DNA of 63,829 bases, the filler included, from Octopus bimaculoides (lineage: Eukaryota), in NCBI RefSeq assembly GCF_001194135.2. It is 8 parts of 6 records of this genome, joined end to end, with 100 filler letters (N's around TTAATTAATTAA, not from the genome) between each part and the next. Parts side by side here need not be neighbours in the genome. Positions count along the whole stretch, not along the records: positions 36,050 to 54,187 come from NC_068983.1; 7 more parts are not named here. One strand, 5' to 3'. Below the pieces are notes generated by a model. It was not told the origin of the DNA and made no database searches. It was given only the letters and a program-made list of their open reading frames with translations. Numbering within the stretch: the first letter of the stretch is position 1; every line of letters begins with the position of its first letter. Below are positions 39,889 through 53,229 of the stretch, in pieces. Made by a program: the position numbers and the translations under genes.

Positions 39889-40044
39889 AGGAGGGGGATA
39901 GTCAATTACATCAACACCAGTACTCAACTGGTCCTTTTTCCATCGATCCTGAAAGGGAGAAAGGCAAAGTCAACCACATGGAATCTGAAGGACATGCCCT
40001 CTAAGCATTTCGCCCAGCATGCTAACAATTCTGCCAGCTTGCCT
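39889..40044 (-). mobile_element. SINE family D
   Basis: Reverse homolog of 22108-22320. Confidence 0.7.
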
Positions 40045-40701
40045 GCTAGAAATAATAGCAAAGGTTACCTTGCTAGAAGGAGGTGGTATACAATAGATAC
40101 TGCTAACTATAAGGTTCAATGATCTGCCATGCATTTCTAACACCTCTAAATTTAAATCCAACTGGAATGTGTTTGAGGCTGTTTACACAGCTAGCAAGAA
40201 TGGACTTAGGTCTGTAGTCAACTTTGTGTAAGAATATACCCAAATTCATTAGTATTTCTGGTGAGAATGGGCTGGTGTATGTAGATGAATCTGTGTCTGA
40301 TATGAGTATGCTTAAACCCAGTAGTATATCTTTGGATTTGAATCTTTGCCTGTGTCCTGTCTGGATGGTACATCATGTGTTGATACCTCCACAGTTAGAT
40401 GAACGAAAAGGAAGAGGACCAAAAAAAAAAAAGAAAAAAAGAGAAAAAGAAAGAGAGATTGATTGCCTTTTCATTTGTTTTCAAGATTTATCCGAGGTCA
40501 AATTATTCATGTATTACAAGTATGGAAGTAAATGGTGAAGCCGTTTTCACGTGATAAGCGATTACACACACATCTCTGTTTTATATATAGTATAGATATA
40601 TATATATATATAGTTGAAATTTACAGAAAAACAAAAGACGAAGACAGGTGTATAAACAACAAACAAGTGCTTTAGTTTAACGCTCGGGAAGGTGAGAAAG
40701 T

Positions 40702-40737
40702 CTTTTACGTTTCGAGCCTACACTCTTCAACAGAAAG
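40702..40737 (-). ncRNA. Minimal Penelope-type hammerhead-like motif, non-canonical core CUGUUGA
   Basis: Minus strand cttt CTGTTGA a gag-tgtagg-ctc GAAAC GTA aaag, within a putative terminal repeat at about 40610-40810. Confidence 0.35.
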
Positions 40738-41208
40738 GAACATGAGGAAATAAACAGAGAGAGAATAAAAAAACTTTTGGAGCTAGCAGTCAATCATGGC
40801 AGCTCTATATANNNNNNNNNNNNNNNNNNNNNNNNNNNNNNNNNNNNNNNNNNNNNNNNNNNNNNNNNNNNNNNNNNNNNNNNNNNNNNNNNNNNNNNNN
40901 NNNNNNNNNNNNNNNNNNNNNNNNNNNNNNNNNNNNNNNNNNNNNNNNNNNNNNNNNNNNNNNNNNNNNNNNNNNNNNNNNNNNNNNNNNNNNNNNNNNN
41001 NNNNNNNNNNNNNNNNNNNNNNNNNNNNNNNNNNNNNNNNNNNNNNNNNNNNNNNNNNNNNNNNNNNNNNNNNNNNNNNNNNNNNNNNNNNNNNNNNNNN
41101 NNNNNNNNNNNNNNNNNNNNNNNNNNNNNNNNNNNNNNNNNNNNNNNNNNNNNNNNNNNNNNNNNNNNNNNNNNNNNNNNNNNNNNNNNNNNNNNNNNNN
41201 NNNNNNNN

Positions 41209-41565
41209 TTGAGCATGATCGTTACCAGCGTCACCTTCCTGGCACTTGTGCAGTGGCACATGAAAAGATATTTGAGCGAGATCATTGCCAGTGCCGCTGG
41301 ACTGGCTCCTGTGCAGGTGGCACGTAAAATACACCATTTTGAGCGTGGCCGTTGCCAGTACCGCCTGACTGGCTTTTGTGTCAGTAGCACATAAAAGCAC
41401 CCACTACACTCTCGGAGTGGTTAGCGTTAGGAAGGACATCCAGCTGTAGAAACTCTGCCAAATCAGATTGGAGCCTGGTGTAGCCATCTGGTTCACCAGT
41501 CCTTAGTCAAATCGTCCAACCCATGCTAGCATGGAAAGCGGACGTTAAACGATGATGATGATGAT
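41209..41565 (+). mobile_element. RTE 3' UTR with diverged hairpin units and (GAT)n tail
   Basis: Homologous to 36430-36720; preceded by a gap. Confidence 0.85.
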
Positions 41566-42329
41566 ATATATATATATATATTGGAATGTGTGTGTAAAAT
41601 TTTTACCTATCTTATGTAAAGAGAGCAGGAAATAAATGCAATTAAACTGAATTCTGAATTTATTTGGAAATATGGAATTTTTTAATTTCTACCTTAAGAT
41701 TTTACATATTCATAAAATCTTTGTTTGGAACAGGTACTGTATATAAGATATTTCAGATGTTCAAGAGATACCAAAGTTCTACGTTTAACATCAATATTTA
41801 ACTAATTTTAGCCCTAATTTCATGAAGAGACAATGTTAATTTTAGTAAGATGTAGCCATAAACTTTATAGAGCAAAAGAAAGAGCTAGTTTAATCTTTAT
41901 ATGTAAATGTGTCTTTCATACCCCACCTGTCCTTGGCTATCCAACTCCACCGCCTCTTTTAATGACGTACTTTATTTGCTTCTTTAACAAACTGCCATGT
42001 GCATATGTAGGGATTCAACATGGGTGTATGTACATATGATTCTTTTTTTACCTCTACTCTTTCTTTCTCCTCTCCTACCTCCTAGACAAATGATACTTAA
42101 CAGCTCTTGATGCCTAGATGAACCCCCTTTCCTCTTCACACAACTGCTTGGTCCCAATGGTTTAGAGATTGAAGGTAATAGTAAAACATTGAGTGAGAAT
42201 ATTCAGATATTTAGACATACGCAAGAACCTAATGTCAGTTGGCAAATGCTAGCATAAACCTTCTTCACAGGTGTAGAAAACAGTTCTCCAGCTGTCCCCT
42301 CACACTTCCTATCAAATTTACAATCTTAG

Positions 42330-43345
42330 AACAGCAATCAATGTAGGCACACTGGAAGTTAGGTTTAGAGAGATTGCTGAAATGCTTGAAGAGAGGTATA
42401 TAGATATGTGCATGCACAAAAGGTAAGATGGAGGCGACCTGCTGCCAGATTTCTCATGGCTATGAAACATAGTAAAAAATTTTCTAGCAGTACTGATAGT
42501 GTGAGTGGAGTAGGTAAACTATTGGTAGAGAAATAGATAGATAAAGTGGTTGAGTTAATCTGAATGTGTGATACCATTATAAAACACAAACCACTCTTGA
42601 TTAATATAACTGATATTTATCTATGCATATGTTCCACAATCTGGACTTTCATATGAACGGAAGGACTGATTCTACAAAGCCTTCATGCAGACAAACTTAA
42701 TGGTGAATGGCATTGACTTTTCCTCATAGCTGGAGTTTTAACAGTTATGTTGAACAGCACTCTGACAGATTCCATGGTGTGCATAAAGGCTTTGGATTTG
42801 ATTCAAAAAATGAGAAGGGAACAAGGCTGCTAAAGTTCTGTAATGCTAATGGACATGATAATCTTCAGACAAGAAAATCAATAGCTAAGTGACAGACTTG
42901 GAAAGTCTGTAAAAAGTGGGGGCAGCCGAGAATTTTACCATGTAGCTTGAAGGAAAGTTAGGTGACAGGTTTACTTAGTAAGGAGAAAAGCAGAACAGGA
43001 GATTTGCCAATGTTCTATGACGTGAGAGTCAGAGGCATGAATTGTTCCACTCTGCAAGACAGGGTTCTAAAGAGAATTGTCATATTGTAAATGAGAAGTG
43101 TGCACAGTTGGATAATGGTAGTGCTACATCAGAAAAAGAGGCTCTTCTCAAGATGGAGTTAATAGAAGGACCAACCACTCTAGTATGATACATAAAGCAA
43201 TTAAAGATATAAAAGCAGAGAAAGTTCCTGTTTCATCAGAAATTACTGCTGAGATGCTTAAAACATCTGGCAGAGTAGGATATGGAAAGGTCACTCATAT
43301 AGTCAATTGTGTTGTACTGGAAGGTCTCATACACAATGACTGGTA
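42330..43345 (+). mobile_element. Old RTE relic with internal deletions (endonuclease to start of RT)
   Basis: TAINVGTLEVRFREIAEMLEERYIDMC; FHGVHKGFGFDSKNEKGTRLLKFC; AIKDIKAEKVP...ITAEMLKTSG...NDW. Confidence 0.75.
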
Positions 43346-45400
43346 AAACAACATGTAAAGGTTGAATCAAACGTTGAAGTGATATACAATAAGCAAATTC
43401 AGTGTAGTATAGCAGCAGGTGAAACAATTAGAGGAAAATGTAGTTGGACAATTACGGTAAACGATTAGTTTTGAAAGCTTGACTAGCTATCCAAATAAGA
43501 CTTAAAGAAACATAATGTTTCCAAAATATAATAATTTAAGGAATTCCCAATTATACATTCTTGAAACACGAACCACAATTTCACATTTCTACAAAGGTTT
43601 GAACTCAGGAGAGAAGTGAGGTTGAAGAGATAAATTAGAATACCATTTAGGATTCAGTCTGATATTTTGAAACTGTAATCATCGATTTATAAGAAAGCAA
43701 ATATTACACTAGTTAGTAATGATAACAATACTGATAATGTTGCAAAATGTAACTTTATTCATATGGTATTATAATGTCATTCTATTAGAGAAAACCTAAT
43801 AAATTCTAATAAAATGTGGACATTAAGTCATTATAGCAATCTAATTAGACATAAGAAATTATACTTGTGTATTCAATAACATTTGGTTAAACTTATGAAA
43901 TACTGCACACTATTAACAGAAATTGAAGTCATCTACTATATTTGAATTAACAAAGATTTACTAGCTATTATCAATTAAAGAGAAGCAAAAACAGAAGAAG
44001 AGTCAAGTTGCAAGTTCTTTGTTTTACAGTATCCAATTTGTCATCTCTATACTGAGTTCAAAATTTGATAGAGTTGGGGAGTTTGTCTTTCATTTTCTCA
44101 TTCTTTTAAGAAATTATAGAGTACCAGTGATATCTTGATTTCATTTAATTGGCTCCCACCCCTTACAAAATTAGCTGGCATTGTATTTATTATCATTCAC
44201 AACACTGTAAGGATTCACTGAACAAAATCGTAAATCAAATTTTAACTGTAGAGAAATAAATTAGAGCAATAACTTATGCAAATTGACTTTCTCATAAAAC
44301 AATTTTTCTATGGCAATGAAAATTTACATTGCTACTGATAGAGGAAGTGTTCACCTTTGTAAGCATTCTATGATAGTTGAAAAAATTTTTATTAGTTTCT
44401 GGTACTGAGCTTTAAAACTAACAAGAGACCATTTTACAGAGTTATGGGATCTTTAAAGCTTATTTACTTTAGATATAAAACAAAGACAATAAAATATTGT
44501 CATTACTGCTTAATAGACCCATTAAGAAATTCAGTGCTTCCTCCACAATGTTGTATATTTAAAACGTTTGCATCACAACCACATGAATTTCTAACAGTAA
44601 GCTAAAAAAATATTTCCCAATCAAAGAGTGCCTACCAAAGTGGATAGATCTTTCATTAGGAATTTTAATTTAGCTTGCTGACAGCACAATAGAGGGTCAA
44701 ATTTTTTAGCCATTTGTAAAATGCAGTATTGCTAAGAATAGCCCGGTAGTCTACAAATACAGCTAGTTGTAGCACTCTTTTATTAGGAATAAAGAGAAAT
44801 ATGGGATAACTGAATGAGGGGAGAAGAAAATAAGGCTAAAATGGAAATGTGGGAGTGAAAACAGAACATATACTGAGAGACACATAGACATTGAAGTGAG
44901 ATAGAGAGAGAGAGAAAAATGTGCAAAGTAGCGAAGAACAAACAAGGCATCGTAACAGAGAATGAAAAAAATAAGAAGAAACAAGAGTTAATTCTGAGGG
45001 AGTGGAGGAAAATGCTGAGCAGACTGGAAGCTGTGTTACAAGATCAAGTAGTATGACCAGATAATATGTCACTTAACCAAACAAAGAAAGCAAACACAAA
45101 CTATCAACCAATTATCCCAGGGATTTTAGACATAAAATACACAACTTTCCTGAAATAAGAAGTAAACCTCTTTTACATCACACCCTACTGTTTTAGAACG
45201 GAGGAAGGACACAGGATAATATAGCCCTAGATATGCAAAATAACAAAATGATCGAAGCTGGAATGCTGTTGATGAAGGCAATTTTGATCAGTGCATTTGT
45301 ATAACAGAAGAGTTACTCTATGAACACATCCAATTTGAACACACACACACATATAAAACATGTGTGTGTAGTTGATTTCTGGGTCCTCGTATTTGATTCT

Positions 45401-45809
45401 ATTCTTTTATTCTTTTACTTGTTTCAGTCATTTGACTGCGGCCATGCTGGAGCACCGCCTTCAGTCGAATCAAATCGACCCCAGGACTTGTTCTTTGTAA
45501 GCCTAGTACTTATTCTATCGGTCTCTTTTTGCCGAACCGCTACGGAGATCTAAACACACCAGCATCGGTTGTCAAGCGATGTTGGGAGGACAAACACAGA
45601 TACACAACATATACACACATACATATATATATATATACATATATACGACGGGCTTCTTTCAGTTTCCGTCTACCAAATCCACTCACAAGGCTTTGGTCGG
45701 CCCGAGGCTATAGTAGAAGACACTTGTCCAAGGTGCCACGCAGTGGGACTGAACCCGAAACCATGTGGTTGGTAAGCAAGCTACTTACCATACAGCCACT
45801 CCTGCGCCT
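45401..45809 (-). mobile_element. SINE family C, young, CpG-rich
   Basis: Colinear with 10066-10513. Confidence 0.9.
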
Positions 45810-46331
45810 TACGCAGAACTTACCGGTTTTTCCTACCTGGCTTAATCTAAAATCAAAGCCGTGCCTTTAAACGTGGTTTCTTGATTCACTGACGCAGCTG
45901 GAGAGGATAGAATAACATAGAATAAACAATATTTTTGCAATGTATTAAACGAAACATTTTTCTTATTTTAAATCACGCTGTTGTTCATGAATACTCACCT
46001 TTTCAACTTCTAACGTGCTGAATGAATATAAATCATGAATGGATTGATATCCCTTGAAATAAATCTTGCGATAAGATTTCAAGGGAAAATAAGGTAGAAA
46101 AATGTCTGAACTCACAATATTTCTTCTTCTTGTCGGGACGACGGCAATCAAAAAGCAGACGATAGAGTTTCCGTTGCTATTCGGAAGCTTTTGTTTTTCT
46201 TCCGCAACTGTCCGTAAACATAGTTCATGGCTTGTCTTTTTTTTTTTTTCTTTCTTTTTCGTTCTGCTTTGGTTGTACAGGACAGCAATGATTCATCGAT
46301 AGTTTATTATTACTTTGCTAAATGATCTAGT

Positions 46332-46420
46332 GCAGTGGTTCCTAAAGCTTTTTAGAGACGCGACCCACTATTTATGACACCAGTTTATGGCGACCCACTT
46401 AACTCTACTGGGTCAAAACG
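46332..46420 (+). mobile_element. hAT (Charlie-like) terminal fragment
   Basis: cagtggttcctaaa start followed by repeated gcgaccca subterminal motifs. Confidence 0.4.
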
Positions 46421-46796
46421 TTTATAAAAGAAACACAGTTATTTCAGATTACATTTTCATTGAGGCCTGTGAGAAGGATGAGCCTATTTCTTGCTACGCT
46501 CAATAATAGAATTAACATCAGGTTCCATGCGTGATAGGTTCAGCCGTAAAGAATTTGAGAGCTGCTAATTAATAGCTTCCTGGTGATCACTCCTATACTT
46601 TTTTGAATAATTTATAAACTTATTAGTGAAATCCATACTGTCTTATTGATTAAAATCTTTTACTATTTATATTAAATGGGATCTTTTTGGTTTGACGGGC
46701 AACACTTCTTTTCTTAACGAAACACTTTCAAACTTGGGACACTGGTAGAATGTGTCATATAAAACACCTTTTTCTCTTAGCCTTCTTAACAAAAAA

Positions 46797-46862
46797 TAGG
46801 AATCGAAACCGCGATCCTACGACCGCGAGTCCGCTGCTCTAACCACTGGGCCATTGCGCCAC
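46797..46862 (-). mobile_element. tRNA-like head of SINE family B, truncated
   Basis: Reverse complement of 3568-3630 with few changes. Confidence 0.8.
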
Positions 46863-47577
46863 CACTATAGTGGGATGTAGGGAGATTGATTCCGCCTTCT
46901 TGATCAGTTATGAATGAATAAACAAATATCTCTCGTTCGGACTTGGGTACTGAAATAATTAAGTGCCTTCGCATAATTATGTCCGGATATAAAAAAGGAT
47001 CTGGAGAGCAGTTCCAGAACAATCAGTATGGTATCTGCATTAAACAAACTAAATATTTATTTTCCCTTTCACTCAGTATAACGGGATATTTTCACCTATT
47101 ACTTTAACCGGAAATTTTGTTCGGCTAAAGGTTGTCACCAAACATTTCACTTTGAAAGACGCTACTGTCCGTGGTGCAACATAAAGGAGGGTAACGCAAG
47201 TGTGTGTGCTTGCTAAATTTAAGAATAACAACGAAATATTTACTGATTGGGGAACTCAGTACTGCATTAGTGCAAAATTTATTGCAAAATTCAGCCAGGC
47301 CGGTTGAATAAACTGTCAGATGAATTTAATGTAGCTGTCAACACACGCATATACATACGTACGTACATACATACATACATATGTACCCACGTACATACAT
47401 ACATACATACAAGAGAAATGAAAAATGGAGACAAATGCACAGGATGTTATTTAAATCATTTATATCACCGACAACTATTTCTCCGGATCTTTCCTTGAAA
47501 ATTACACACACACACACAGATAGACAGATAGATAGATAGATTGATTGATTGATAGATAGAGAGAGAGAGGGGGGGAG

Positions 47578-47944
47578 AGAGCCGGGCGTAAGTCCGTTAA
47601 TCGTTAATCAACGAAGTTAACATTTTCATTAACAATTTAACTTTTGAGTTAACTTTGAAAATCATTATCGGACTAATTAACTTCCGTTACAATTAGCTTC
47701 CTTTAACTTCCTTTAAAGTCTGTTAACCCAAAACTCGTCTACTGCAACCCCTTGGTCGACGCAGTTTTGGCAGGCATCGTCAAAAGATTTGCGACCCTCC
47801 TGGGCAATGAGGAATGCCAACTGGCTGCTGCCTTTCACCCCAGGTATCGCTTCATCTGGTTGGATAGGTATGATAGCACCAAGTTCACCAAAGTGAGGAG
47901 CAGCACGGAGAATAAAATATTGTTACATTTGAGTCTTTTAAAAA
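47578..47944 (+). mobile_element. Internally deleted hAT transposon with a transposase fragment
   Basis: VDAVLAGIVKRFATLLGNEECQLAAAFHPRYRFIWL matches the hAT KRF...LAA..(D/H)PR(F/Y)K motif. The left end gccgggcgtaagtccgttaa has gttaa(c)-rich subterminal repeats. Confidence 0.65.
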
Positions 47945-50900
47945 NNNNNNNNNNNNNNNNNNNNNNNNNNNNNNNNNNNNNNNNNNNNNNNNNNNNNNNN
48001 NNNNNNNNNNNNNNNNNNNNNNNNNNNNNNNNNNNNNNNNNNNNNNNNNNNNNNNNNNNNNNNNNNNNNNNNNNNNNNNNNNNNNNNNNNNNNNNNNNNN
48101 NNNNNNNNNNNNNNNNNNNNNNNNNNNNNNNNAAAAAAAAAAAAAAAAAAGTTTTGGGGTTCAAAAAGGTCAAAAAAGCTGATTTTATAGTTTTGCCACT
48201 TGTTAATCCTTTAGTGTTTAAACCGGCCAGAACGCGTTGTATCTAATTCCTCTACGAAATCTTTTTAAAAAATAAACAAATCACGTTAGTAATTTCTCGT
48301 AGCTTTGAGATGTGAGGGCTTTTCTTCCCGAAAGCACAGAACTGGGAGAAAAGCAAAATTAACTGATGTGGATGTCAACAGAGAAAATATTAACTTCCAT
48401 AAAGTGGGAAAATAAATGGTAAATATTTCGGTGTGAACGCAAATAACTGTTACATGGTAACAGAGCATGCTAGAAATAGCAGCGAAATCTTTTTTTTTTT
48501 ATGAAAAAAGGAGCCGTTTACGCGTGATTCCGATGTCACATTCATTCAAAGCATGCAAAAATAACTGGAAAAGAAAAAAAAAAGACCTGCGAAACAAAAC
48601 TCCCTTGGTGGGAAACTTCGAGGTCACCACCACCCCTCCCTACTTTCTTTTCTGGAAAAAAAATGGCCTGCGACGAATTTGGCGGTCTGATACGCTGAAT
48701 GCACCCGAAAGAAATTGTGGATAAAAATTATTCCACACCGAAGTACGAAATATTTACCGAAAGAATGAAATCTTGTACCGAATATACCTGTATTTTAATT
48801 AATTCAAATTAATGTACTCCATCTTGAAAAGTGGCAAAATTTTTAGCCGCTAACATCAGGGATAATTTTAGTAACAAATCAAACTGTTAAGATGCATTAA
48901 GAATTTCAGTTTTAGTGTTTATCCATAATGTTATGACTTTTACACCTGTTAATTAAATTTACCTGTCCATAAAAGTCAAATTCACTCAACAAGATCAGCT
49001 AAAATTATATAACAATAAACCAGTAGTATATAAAGCACCCACTGACAAAATTTCCAATCTGTATGTAAAAAATTTACAAAATTACAAGCAAATATTGTGG
49101 ACACCCCTCTTGAACCTGGATGATTTAAAATAACGTGAGCAAATAAGCATTACATTTGACAGATTAATATGAACACTAAAGATGTTTTTAGGTGTTGTTT
49201 TTTTTTTCTTATACATACACATAACACGGCCTCGCTCGGTTGGGACTACACGTGTGTTATATTGATATCATCATTCCATAAAACTTGTTTATGGGGAGAA
49301 AAATACTGAAAAATATCGATAGATGTGTGAGAAAGAAACGAGGAGGGAGGTTTGGGGGTATGCTAGAAACAACAGCCAGATCTCCCTTAAATCACACATT
49401 TTCTTCTGAAATAATTAACAATTTTTTTATAAACCGAAAATGTTTCTCTCATAGATTNNNNNNNNNNNNNNNNNNNNNNNNNNNNNNNNNNNNNNNNNNN
49501 NNNNNNNNNNNNNNNNNNNNNNNNNNNNNNNNNNNNNNNNNNNNNNNNNNNNNNNNNNNNNNNNNNNNNNNNNNNNNNNNNNNNNNNNNNNNNNNNNNNN
49601 NNNNNNNNNNNNNNNNNNNNNNNNNNNNNNNNNNNNNNNNNNNNNNNNNNNNNNNNNNNNNNNNNNNNNNNNNNNNNNNNNNNNNNNNNNNNNNNNNNNN
49701 NNNNNNNNNNNNNNNNNNNNNNNNNNNNNNNNNNNNNNNNNNNNNNNNNNNNNNNNNNNNNNNNNNNNNNNNNNNNNNNNNNNNNNNNNNNNNNNNNNNN
49801 NNNNNNNNNNNNNNNNNNNNNNNNNNNNNNNNNNNNNNNNNNNNNNNNNNNNNNNNNNNNNNNNNNNNNNNNNNNNNNNNNNNNNNNNNNNNNNNNNNNN
49901 NNNNNNNNNNNNNNNNNNNNNNNNNNNNNNNNNNNNNNNNNNNNNNNNNNNNNNNNNNNNNNNNNNNNNNNNNNNNNNNNNNNNNNNNNNNNNNNNNNNN
50001 NNNNNNNNNNNNNNNNNNNNNNNNNNNNNNNNNNNNNNNNNNNNNNNNNNNNNNNNNNNNNNNNNNNNNNNNNNNNNNNNNNNNNNNNNNNNNNNNNNNN
50101 NNNNNNNNNNNNNNNNNNNNNNNNNNNNNNNNNNNNNNNNNNNNNNNNNNNNNNNNNNNNNNNNNNNNNNNNNNNNNNNNNNNNNNNNNNNNNNNNNNNN
50201 NNNNNNNNNNNNNNNNNNNNNNNNNNNNNNNNNNNNNNNNNNNNNNNNNNNNNNNNNNNNNNNNNNNNNNNNNNNNNNNNNNNNNNNNNNNNNNNNNNNN
50301 NNNNNNNNNNNNNNNNNNNNNNNNNNNNNNNNNNNNNNNNNNNNNNNNNNNNNNNNNNNNNNNNNNNNNNNNNNNNNNNNNNNNNNNNNNNNNNNNNNNN
50401 NNNNNNNNNNNNNNNNNNNNNNNNNNNNNNNNNAAAAAAAAAAAAAAAAAAAAAAGAAAGCTGCGTTTTTTTCTGTCTCTAAATTAAGTCGTATGGTCTT
50501 TCCTTTTGGTAAACTATATCTGCCACCCCGACAGCTGTAACACCGCTTATTCCAACATACTCTTTTTAAAGTTCATTCTCTCTCATTTTATGTCTGTTCA
50601 CCGCTCTGGAGACTTAAATATCTTATCCTTTCATTTACTTTCATTTTACTTGTCCAACTGTCTGTCACTCTTTCTCCAGTTGTATTTCGATAACCTTCTA
50701 CTTCTGCAGTAACTCGTTAGCGTGACAACAAAGAAAATCAAGACAAATTGCTAATTATTATATCTGAATACACACACACACACATGTCTCCTCAGAGATA
50801 TGAACGAAATAAATAAAAAGAAATGTTGACTTGAAAGTTAAACGAAATCACTGAACATAATAATAGTAGCGTTATTCACCCTCTTTTATCATATCAATAG

Positions 50901-52639
50901 TCAAACCAATATTCTTTTATTTAATTAATATGGAAACGAATATCTTAATTTCCAATACATTTTCTCCACATATGCTCCTAAATTTATTTATGAGAAATTA
51001 GCCATAAAACAGGACGATAGATTCCACCCATTTTTACATTTTTTACTTTTGCTTTTTACTATACTTGACTACAAATGAGAATTGTGGTGGTGGCAGTTAC
51101 CAGGTTTATAAAATTGAATTTATGATGCCGTTTTGTGTGGTTTGATATGATTTTTCAATATCACGATAATGGATGAATATAGTTTTTTAATTATTGAGAG
51201 TAACGTGGCTTCAGTTCTATTTGGAACCTCACTGATATGCTACTTTTTCTTGCAGGATCAACAATTCTTAAAGCCCCTAAATAATCTATCCACTTTGAAA
51301 ATAGCGATTCAGGCATCAGGTATCATTTTCACTGACTAATTGGCAATGAAATATTGTGGTTTCAGTTCTCTTTAATGGGACTTTCTTTCAATTACTACAT
51401 TATGGCCAATGTCTAATTCATGATTGATCAAATTTAGTCATCAACTTCCCATTCCCATAAATAAATTAATAAATTAATTTCGCAAATAGGGAAACTGCCA
51501 TTTCTTCAAAAAGTCCCATTCCGTGTTAAAACGGAAAGCACATGTGTTGATACCTTCCATTAAAACTTTCTGTTGTTCCCCCACTATCTTATTTTGTAGC
51601 GAAAGCGGCGGTGGTTGGTGATGGCTGGAGGGTCAATGCACGAACAATGATTAACGACAATAGAATAGTCTTCAGTATTATTAACTGTTCTTATAACACA
51701 ATAGCATAGTTAGGAACACTACGATGACAATAGTGGTTTGTAAAGTACAAAGAGTAATCTTTACGAAAGCCGACGGCTTGGTTACGTTATATGTTCATTC
51801 TAAAAATATAAAAGAATTAACAAGAAAGTGACATTATCAAATATTGTATTGCCACTAATCATAATTATTAGATACTAATACTTTACAATTAACTTTCGGG
51901 TGTATCTGTTTATAAACTCTAGTTCAGACTTGGTGAAACTGAATATATGATCGATGGCGTTTCAGATGTGATCATCTCATTTGTATATCCAGGAAATAGT
52001 GTCCAATGTACGAGTTGATTTGTCTTATTCAAAACTGCTGAGTTAAATTTTAGTAAAATAAGTTACTATTTCCAGGAGATCGAGCGTACTCCTTCACTGG
52101 TCCGTCTTGGGATTGTTTGGGGATAGGATTAAATCGATTATAACCTTGTATATACGTTTCAGATTTTATGAAAACACTAGAGAATTCAAAGAGAAAAAGT
52201 ATTGGTCTGCGTAAGCAATGAATCAGTGTAGTAAAGTTTTGAGAACGAAATAAACTGTGTACAGTGAGACAGAATTCTAATATTTCCAACATGGTTTTTG
52301 TTTTCTCTGCCGAAAACAGAATTCTCGGCACACAAATTTAATCTATTTTATCAAAGCAACGAGGGACTTCTTATGTTAAACATGTTAGAAATAGTTCGCA
52401 CCAATTTTTTTCTTTTTTAAATAAAAAACGTACATTGGACAATGAATAATTCTTAAAAGTCGAAATGGAATGCTTTTGATCTTAGGTGTGCTGAATCGGG
52501 GCCACCCCGGTGCTAATTGACAACAGCAACAACTCTATTTTATCTTAACAGTTGCAAGTTAACTGTTAATGCCGTTGGCCAATAATTTCATTCCCCTGTA
52601 TAGTGTGATAACTGGAACTGGAGGAAATCTGCCCGACAG

Positions 52640-53190
52640 TGAAAGAGGGAAAACATGACTACGAAAAGCAAGAGGAAAAGAAAAACAGGACAAGAACAAG
52701 GAATGATAGAGGGAGCAATAAATTCTCAGGACAGAAATGTCCAGATGAAGACAAATTTTACTTCGTGGAAGGAAAGAATGTTTCAGACGAAAAATGGAGT
52801 TTACTACAACGCCTTAATGAAACACGAATTAGTGTAAGAGAGACTATCATTCCCGAGAGGTATCGAAAGAGGAAAACTACGTAATGTAGTGAAGACTAAC
52901 GAACTGTTAACGAAAATTTAAGAGATCTACTACGCAGCGTCTGTTACTGTGTAAATTGTTGAAGTTAAAGCTGAAGAAAAACAAGGGTTAAAGTCCTATG
53001 GTGGGAACGAAGACTTGAGAACCAAATTGAACAACTCAGTAGAGATCATGGAAGGACAAATGTAACCATAGAAAAGAAGGAACGAGCTGCAGAGAAAGTA
53101 AATTTGATACAAAAAATTACAGTCGTCAAAGAAGAGATAAGACACAAAATCAAAGCAGTGCTAGGTAAGAAACAAACAGATACTAACAAA
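52640..53190 (+). mobile_element. R4/Dong-like non-LTR element, N-terminal ORF relic
   Basis: EIYYAASVTV, frameshift, LWWERRLENQIEQLSRD...VKEEIRHKIKA resembles the R4 pattern LIYAAA...PWWKRR(I/L)E..I..LR.D...EELKQ..KA. Confidence 0.55.
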
Positions 53191-53229
53191 GAATAGTCCA
53201 GTACCAACAAAATAGACTCCTTAGCAATA

